This document shows, one piece after another, positions 7,080 through 12,590 of a stretch of 12,590 bases of DNA. The translations under genes were made by a program, and so were the position numbers. The notes beneath the pieces were generated by a model. It saw nothing but the letters and a program-made list of their open reading frames with translations. It had not been told where the DNA came from and did no database searches. The DNA comes from an uncultured Chloroflexia bacterium. GTDB lineage: Bacteria; Chloroflexota; Dehalococcoidia; DSTF01; JALHUB01. Within the stretch, counting starts at the first letter, position 1, and the number at the start of each line of letters is the position of its first letter. The stretch is taken from contig CAVSBT010000004.1 in assembly GCA_963726245.1 (NCBI GenBank), forward strand, positions 1 through 12,590. The letters run 5' to 3'.

Positions 7080-7916
7080 CTAAGGGCTCGCCGCCACCGG
7101 AGGCGGGCCGCTGTCCCGGAGAAAGCCCTCGATGGCGGCCGTCAGCTCTTCGGGATGCAGTTGATAGTGGATGATGGACGGTGCGACTACCAGCTTCGAG
7201 CCCTTGATCCTCTTGTGCAGCGCCTCGGCCGAGGCCGCCGGGTGGATGGGGTCGTCAGGGTGGGCGACGATGAGAGTGGGCGCCTTGACCTCTTCGAACC
7301 GCTCCTGAGCCAGCTCCGGGCCGAGCACAATGCCGCGAATGGCGTAGACGATGCCCTCCGCGTCCTGGGAGAGGAGCCACTGGCGGAGCCAGTTGAACAG
7401 CTCAGGGCTGAGGTCCTTCAGGCCGACCCAGGGTTGAAGGGCCAGCGCGATGTCCGCCGCCTTCTCCAGCCCCAGCCCCTCAATGAGCAGCGCCAGGCCC
7501 CCGAAGAGCTGCGCCGAGAAAGCCGAGGCCTGCTGCCCAAGGGGCGGTGGTGGACGCAGGATCAGCCGCTCCACCATCTCCGGGTGGCGGAGGGCGAAGA
7601 CGAGGGCGGTGCCGCCGCCCACGGAGCCGCCCCAGAGAGAGGCCCTCTGGATCCCGAGATGTCGCAACAGCTCATGCAGGTCCGCGGCCAGCCCGTCCCA
7701 GGTGAAGTCGTCTGGGTTCGTGGTGTGCCCGGAGCGGCCGTGGCCGGGGTTGTCGTAGCTTATGAGCCGGTAGCGGTCGGCCAGGTACATCGGGGTCTCG
7801 CCCAGGGCATCCGCCATGTCGACGCTGCTCAGGAGGCCGTGGATGAGCACCAGAGGCGGACCTTCGCCCCGGTCCCGGTAGTGCATGTCAAAGCCGTTGA
7901 TGTGGACAGTAGGCAT
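7080..7916 (-). CDS. Alpha/beta fold hydrolase (278 aa)
   Basis: LVLIHG oxyanion motif, YDNPGHGRS, nucleophile elbow GGSVGG, and acid region DDPIHP; RBS GAGGTGA. Confidence 0.9.
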   Translation of the reverse strand: MPTVHINGFDMHYRDRGEGPPLVLIHGLLSSVDMADALGETPMYLADRYRLISYDNPGHGRSGHTTNPDDFTWDGLAADLHELLRHLGIQRASLWGGSVGGGTALVFALRHPEMVERLILRPPPPLGQQASAFSAQLFGGLALLIEGLGLEKAADIALALQPWVGLKDLSPELFNWLRQWLLSQDAEGIVYAIRGIVLGPELAQERFEEVKAPTLIVAHPDDPIHPAASAEALHKRIKGSKLVVAPSIIHYQLHPEELTAAIEGFLRDSGPPPVAASP

Positions 7917-7924
7917 ACTTCACC

Positions 7925-8720
7925 TCACAAGTGGCACATCAGCCCGCCATCGACGAAGAAGGTCTGGCCGCTCACGTAGCCGGAGGCATCGGAGGCGAGC
8001 CAGAGGGCAAGGGGGGCTACTTCATCGGCGTTGCCGGGCCGGCGCATGGGAATGAAGCGGACGAGCCGGTTGGCCTGAGGGTCCGGCTCGCCCAGACCGG
8101 GCGAGTCCTCCAGCCAGCCGGGGGCGATGCAGTTGACGGTGACGCCGTGCGGACCCCACTCCTGCGCCAGGGCCCGCGTCAGGTTCATGACGCCGCGCCT
8201 TGGCGGCGCAGTAGGCGGCGCCGTTCGCCAGGCCGCGCTCTCCTAGGGCCGAGGCGACGTTGATGATGCGGCCCCATCCCTGCTTGACCATCTCCCGGCC
8301 GGCGGCGCGGCAGGCGAAGAAGACGGAGCTCAGGTTGGCGTTGACGATGCGGCTCCACTCCAGGTCGCTGGTCTTCTCGGCCGGCTTGCCCAGGAAGAGG
8401 TCGGGGGCGGTGACCAGGATGTCGATGCCGCCCACGTCCTTGACCACCTGCCGGACCATGACCTGAACGGCGGTGCCCAGCGAAGCGTCCAACGAGTGGG
8501 GCTCGCGCCGGGGGCCGGTAGTGGCGATCTGCTGGGCGAGGCGCTTCACGGCCAGAGCCTCGCTGGCGCTCGGTGTGGCCGACGTAGCAGTGACGTCGGC
8601 GCCGGCCTCGCTGAGGGCGAGGGCGATGGCCCGTCCAACGCCGGAGGCGGCGCCGACCACCAGCGCGCGCCTCTTGGACAGGTCGAAGGCTTCGGGGCCC
8701 AGTCTGGCGTTCTCCCACAT
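7925..8720 (-). CDS. SDR family oxidoreductase with a +1 frameshift at ~8195
   Basis: Motifs VGAASGVG, GRIINVAS, YCAAK. Removing one base gives AKAGVMNLTRALAQEWG...VNCIAPGW...YVSGQTFFVDGG, joining ORFs 8022-8726 and 7925-8188. Confidence 0.88.
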
Positions 8721-8767
8721 GGTCAAGCTCTCTTCACGGGCGGCCGCCGCCTGATGGGCGGGCAGGC

Positions 8768-9583
8768 TCAGGCTAGCCCCACCTCCGGCGCGAAGCCTAC
8801 CGGCGCGCAGCCGCCGGCCAGGCCGCCGCCGTCGATGACGAAGCCCTGGCCGGTGACGTAGCTGGAGGCGTCGGAGGCTAGGAAGACGGCCAGCGCCCCC
8901 AGCTCCCAGGCTTCGCCCAGCCGCTGCACGGGCACGTAGGCACCGCGTTCCCGGATGAAGTCGGCGGCCTGCTGGTCGGCCGGCGGGCTCTGAACGACGA
9001 ATCCGGGGATGATGCAGTTCACGCGAACGTTGTGGCGCGCCAGCAGAACGGCCAGCGACTTGGTGAGGGAGATGACGCCGGCCTTGGCCGCCCCGTATGC
9101 GAAGTTGGCGGCGTAGCCGCGCAGGGCGGTGCCCGAGCCCAGGTTGATGATGACGCCGCTTCGCTGCTGAACCATGTGGCGGGCTGCGGCCCGAGCGCAG
9201 TAGAAGGCGCTGGAGAGGTTGACCTCCAGGGTGTCATGCCACTCGTCGTCGGAAACGTCCCAGAGCTCTTTGCCGTGCGTGACGGCGTCGCCGATGCCGG
9301 CGTTGCTGAGCATGACGTCGAGCCGCCCGAACTCCTGGAGGCAGCGCTCGATGAGCTTGTCGACGGCCGCTGAGTCGCGTACGTCGGTGCGGACCGCGAG
9401 CGCCTGCCGGCCCAGGGCCTCGATCTCTCGCGCCGTGTTCTCGATCTGGTCCTGGCTGCGGGCCGCGACCACGATGTTGGCCCCGGCCGTGGCCAGGGCG
9501 AGCGCCATCTGCCTGCCCAGGCCCCGTCCGGTGCCGGTCACGATGGCTACTCTATCCTTGAGCTCCAGCTTTTCGCGGTACAT
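8768..9583 (-). CDS. SDR family oxidoreductase (271 aa)
   Basis: Motifs TGTGRGLG, SNAG, YGAAK, VNCIIPG, VTGQGFVIDGG. The RBS AGGGAG favours the ATG at 9583. Confidence 0.93.
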   Translation of the reverse strand: MYREKLELKDRVAIVTGTGRGLGRQMALALATAGANIVVAARSQDQIENTAREIEALGRQALAVRTDVRDSAAVDKLIERCLQEFGRLDVMLSNAGIGDAVTHGKELWDVSDDEWHDTLEVNLSSAFYCARAAARHMVQQRSGVIINLGSGTALRGYAANFAYGAAKAGVISLTKSLAVLLARHNVRVNCIIPGFVVQSPPADQQAADFIRERGAYVPVQRLGEAWELGALAVFLASDASSYVTGQGFVIDGGGLAGGCAPVGFAPEVGLA

Positions 9584-9624
9584 GGCTGCTCTCCCTGCGC
9601 CGCATTCCAAGGGGGACGCCGCCT

Positions 9625-9653
9625 ATTGTATAGGGCTTTGGGGTGTGCGTCAG
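9625..9653 (-). promoter_or_regulatory. Sigma70-type promoter for the minus-strand SDR operon
   Basis: Minus strand reads CTGACG-N17-TACAAT. Confidence 0.6.
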
Positions 9654-9669
9654 CCCCGCGGGGGGCGCG

Positions 9670-9697
9670 TTGACAGGCTCCCTCAACGACATATGAT
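9670..9697 (+). promoter_or_regulatory. Sigma70-type promoter for the DUF72 gene
   Basis: TTGACA-N16-TATGAT. Confidence 0.65.
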
Positions 9698-9747
9698 GGG
9701 GACGCCCCACCGCTGGGCGCAGTGCATCTCAATGAGGGGTGTCTCCA

Positions 9748-10656
9748 ATGACGGCGCGCATCCTGGTCGGAACCTGCTCCTGGACAGAGCGCAGCCTGGT
9801 GGCCAGCGGGCGCTTCTACCCGCCGCAGCTCAAGTCGCCGGAGGAGCGGCTGCGCTACTACGCCGGGCAGTTCTCCATCGTCGAGGTCGACAGCACCTAC
9901 TACGGGCTGCCTGCGGAGCGTAACGCCGCCCTCTGGGTGGAGCGGACGCCGCAGGAGTTCACCTTCGACATCAAGGCCTTCTCCTTCTTCACCCAGCACC
10001 CCACAGTCGTGAACTCGCTGCCCAAGGATGTGCGCGAGGGGCTGCCGGCTGCCCTGCGGTCGAAGCGGAACGTCTACTACAAGGACGTCGCCCCGGAGGT
10101 CCGCGACGAGCTGTGGCAGCGCTTCGCCTCCGCCCTGCTTCCTCTGGACAGCGCCGGCAAGCTGGGCGTCGTCCTCTTCCAGTTCCCGCCCTGGTTCATG
10201 CCCGGCAACGAGAGCCGGGCCTACATCGTGGAGGCGCAGGAGAGGCTGCCTCAGTACCGTGTGGCCGTGGAGTTCCGTAACAGCCGCTGGCTGTCCGACC
10301 TCAACCGTGACCGCACCATCGACTTCCTGCGCCAGAACCGGCTGCCCTTCGTCTGCGTCGACGAGCCGCAGGGGCTCACGAACAGCGTGCCGCCGGTGGC
10401 GGAGACGACGGCGGACATCGGCCTGCTGCGCTTCCACGGTCGCAATCGGGAGATGTGGACCAAGAAAGGGGCCACCACAGGCGAGCGCTTCGACTACCTG
10501 TACTCCGAGCATGAGCTTGGGGAGTGGCTGCCGGACATCGAGCGGCTAGCGGGGGAGACGCAGGAGCTGCACCTGCTGATGAACAACTGCGTCCAGGACA
10601 AGGCGGTGGTGAACGCCCGCCAGCTTGCCCTCATGGTGCAGGGGCGTTCTGGGTGA
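9748..10656 (+). CDS. DUF72 (YecE-like) protein (302 aa)
   Basis: Motifs VGTCSW, VEVDSTYY, FDIKA, LFQFPPWF, VEFRN, VCVDEP, RFHGRN, FDYLYS, LMNN; RBS GAGGGG before ATG 9748. Confidence 0.93.
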   Translation: MTARILVGTCSWTERSLVASGRFYPPQLKSPEERLRYYAGQFSIVEVDSTYYGLPAERNAALWVERTPQEFTFDIKAFSFFTQHPTVVNSLPKDVREGLPAALRSKRNVYYKDVAPEVRDELWQRFASALLPLDSAGKLGVVLFQFPPWFMPGNESRAYIVEAQERLPQYRVAVEFRNSRWLSDLNRDRTIDFLRQNRLPFVCVDEPQGLTNSVPPVAETTADIGLLRFHGRNREMWTKKGATTGERFDYLYSEHELGEWLPDIERLAGETQELHLLMNNCVQDKAVVNARQLALMVQGRSG

Positions 10657-10658
10657 AG

Positions 10659-10690
10659 GACGGCTGCCGCGGTTCGCCCCACCAGCCGTC
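10659..10690 (+). terminator. Hairpin directly after the DUF72 stop
   Basis: GACGGCTG-N16-CAGCCGTC, a perfect 8-bp stem with no U-tract. Confidence 0.3.
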
Positions 10691-10733
10691 GATCGAGCAA
10701 CGCCATAGAATTGAGGTTGAGAGGAGGCCGGCA

Positions 10734-11672
10734 ATGAGACCTTCGTGGGTGGTCGTCGTCGGTGCGCTTACCATTACCGCAATGGCGGTGGGCACCTCTG
10801 TGCTCTCGCGCCCATCCGGGACGAGGGCCCATCCAGCCAACACGATGGCCGTGGACGCCATCCCCTATCAGGTCGACGACGACGGCGATGGGCTGTTCGA
10901 TGAAGACCCCGGTGGTCTCCCCCACCAGGGAGAGGGCGTGGACGCCGACGTCGATGGCTTGATTGACGAAGACGATCCCACCACCACCGCCAACTCAGTG
11001 GACGCCTCAAGGACGGTTGGCGGCCCCATCCCCCTCGACGTCAGCGTCAACGTGACATGGAGTGGAAGCGCAGAGGACCGGTGGCACGCCTACCAGCTCA
11101 CCCTGGCCTATGACGACTCGATACTGGCGTTCGTGCCCACGCTGGACACCACGTTTGACCAGATACTGGATAGCTGGGCCTACACGGGGCTGGGGGGGGG
11201 CACGATCATGGACGCCACCGTGACCGAATACGACAGGGACGAAGACGGGAAGACCGACGCTCTCTGCGGCGGCTCGCTCCGGTACTCGGGCACCAGCGAT
11301 GCCGGCGGCCAGGCGCTGGTAGCCAGGTTCCGCTGTATCGCAAACGGGACCAGCCCCCTCCATCTCGTGACGCTGGCCGAGGACCCGGTCTGTGGCAGCG
11401 CCACCATGGAGACCGAACGCGTGCCCCTTCCGACAAACCTGGTTGATGCCGGCATCACATGCTCTCTGGGTACACCCACCCCTTCGGCCGTCGGCGGCAT
11501 AGCGGAACGGCCGCCCCTGGCCGTCGGCGCGCCTGATCGCGAACTCGGCGCGGCGGCTGAGGGATCGTTCTGGCTCAAGGGACGCGGCGCTGCCGTAGCT
11601 GTCGGTCTGATAGTGGGAGTTGGCGCCGCCGCGGCGGGCGCCTGGTTCATGCAAAGGCGCTCGCTCTGGTAA
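10734..11672 (+). CDS. Secreted, C-terminally anchored surface protein with acidic DxDxDG repeats and a possible cohesin-like domain (312 aa)
   Basis: RBS GAGGAGG before ATG 10734; signal peptide; repeats DDDGDGLFDED and DADVDGLIDED; segment YQLTLAYDDSILAF; short Pro/Thr linker; C-terminal hydrophobic helix followed by QRR. Confidence 0.8.
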   Translation: MRPSWVVVVGALTITAMAVGTSVLSRPSGTRAHPANTMAVDAIPYQVDDDGDGLFDEDPGGLPHQGEGVDADVDGLIDEDDPTTTANSVDASRTVGGPIPLDVSVNVTWSGSAEDRWHAYQLTLAYDDSILAFVPTLDTTFDQILDSWAYTGLGGGTIMDATVTEYDRDEDGKTDALCGGSLRYSGTSDAGGQALVARFRCIANGTSPLHLVTLAEDPVCGSATMETERVPLPTNLVDAGITCSLGTPTPSAVGGIAERPPLAVGAPDRELGAAAEGSFWLKGRGAAVAVGLIVGVGAAAAGAWFMQRRSLW

Positions 11673-11856
11673 TCGCGCTCAGGCGACGCCGAGTGCGCGG
11701 CGGCAGGACCCGGCCTGTGATCCGCCAAAAGAAATCAGGAGAGGCGACCGTCCATGAACCGGAGTGAGGACATGGCCTAGTTCGGCCTGGGAGCCCGAAT
11801 AGCCTGCCCTCAGCTCGTTTGCAGTCTCTGTTGGGAAGTGGTACATAGCGGGCGAC

Positions 11857-12590
11857 GTGTTGAGCATCAGTCGGGGTTATTTGATCATAGGAATCGTTGC
11901 GTTAGCGATTTCTCTTGTGCTCTCCCCCAGTTCCCGTTCCCATGGTCAAGGGCAGATCTCGGACGCCGGCCAGACGGCAATCGCCGGCCCGGTGCTCTTC
12001 ACTGCCGCCTCCGCGAGCATACCCGCCGGGCTGCCCAACCACCTGGGCATCGGCCTGATGAACTCCGCGACTCAACTCTCCTGGATGACATCCTCAGGCA
12101 TACACTGGGATTACCGCTACCAGTACTTGACGGGCGGCGTGAACACGGGGGATGGATGGACCACCTGGAACGATCCGCCGGGGGCCTTTGTTGACACGTA
12201 CCTCCAGGACAGCGGAAACAACGGATACACGCCCGTCCTCACCTACTACCAGATTGTGGCATCGGCGCCAGACCCCTGGAGCGAAGACGTTGACCTCAAA
12301 CTGCAGAATGTCTCGACCATGCGCGCCTACTATGGGGAGTGGAAGCTTCTGATGCAGAAGGCCGGCGCCTATGGGCGTCCTGTGGTGGTGCAGGTGGAGC
12401 CGGACCTCTGGGGCTACATGCAGCAGGCTCATGGCGACAATGCCGCGGCGACACCGGTCAAGGTGGCAGCGTCAGGGTTTGCGGAGGTGTCGGGCTACGC
12501 GAACACAGCGGCGGGCTTCGCCAAGGCCCTCATACATCTTCGGGATGTCTACGCCCCCAACGTTGTCCTCGGCTATCATGTTTCCGACTG
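11857..12590 (+). CDS. Secreted glycoside-hydrolase-like protein, 3' end outside the window (absent from the ORF track)
   Basis: Frame is open from after TAG 11800-11802 to the window end: MLSISRGYLIIGIVALAISLVLS...WDYRYQYLTGGVNTGDGWTTWN...TPVLTYYQI...VVVQVEPDLWGYMQQ...APNVVLGYHVSD. Start is uncertain (GTG 11857 or TTG 11860). Confidence 0.75.
   Translation, partial: MLSISRGYLIIGIVALAISLVLSPSSRSHGQGQISDAGQTAIAGPVLFTAASASIPAGLPNHLGIGLMNSATQLSWMTSSGIHWDYRYQYLTGGVNTGDGWTTWNDPPGAFVDTYLQDSGNNGYTPVLTYYQIVASAPDPWSEDVDLKLQNVSTMRAYYGEWKLLMQKAGAYGRPVVVQVEPDLWGYMQQAHGDNAAATPVKVAASGFAEVSGYANTAAGFAKALIHLRDVYAPNVVLGYHVSD

Noticed and set aside
2321-10549. Many long overlapping ORFs (e.g. 2321-3211 -, 7026-7979 +, 9547-10512 -)
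   Set aside because: Shadow frames of real high-GC genes with no family motifs.
10524-10733. N-terminal extensions in the ORF track (10524; also 2396, 4135, 9610, 9739)
   Set aside because: They overlap neighbouring genes, promoters or RBSs; downstream ATGs fit the RBS, gene spacing and family N-termini better.

Overview
GC-rich bacterial chromosomal window; the gene families present suggest Chloroflexota/Dehalococcoidia, but this is only an impression. Left to right it holds: the 3' end of an acyl-CoA synthetase; a more A/T-rich segment (~72-2400) with a Cys-rich secreted protein and a cupin on the minus strand; a plus-strand operon (SDR, hypothetical protein, two family III CoA-transferase-like genes); a converging minus-strand operon (SDR, SDR, alpha/beta hydrolase, SAM methyltransferase); a divergent promoter region; a DUF72 gene; a surface-anchored acidic protein; and a partial secreted glycoside-hydrolase-like gene missing from the ORF track. 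Three genes each carry a single +1 frameshift, probably a sequencing error. No rRNA, tRNA, CRISPR array or transposase/integrase was seen. The most notable unexplained signals are a diverged non-coding direct repeat bracketing the cupin gene at 974 bp spacing and a CoA-transferase pair in which both partners are internally shortened and appear to lack the catalytic Asp. I cannot establish a new system from this window alone.
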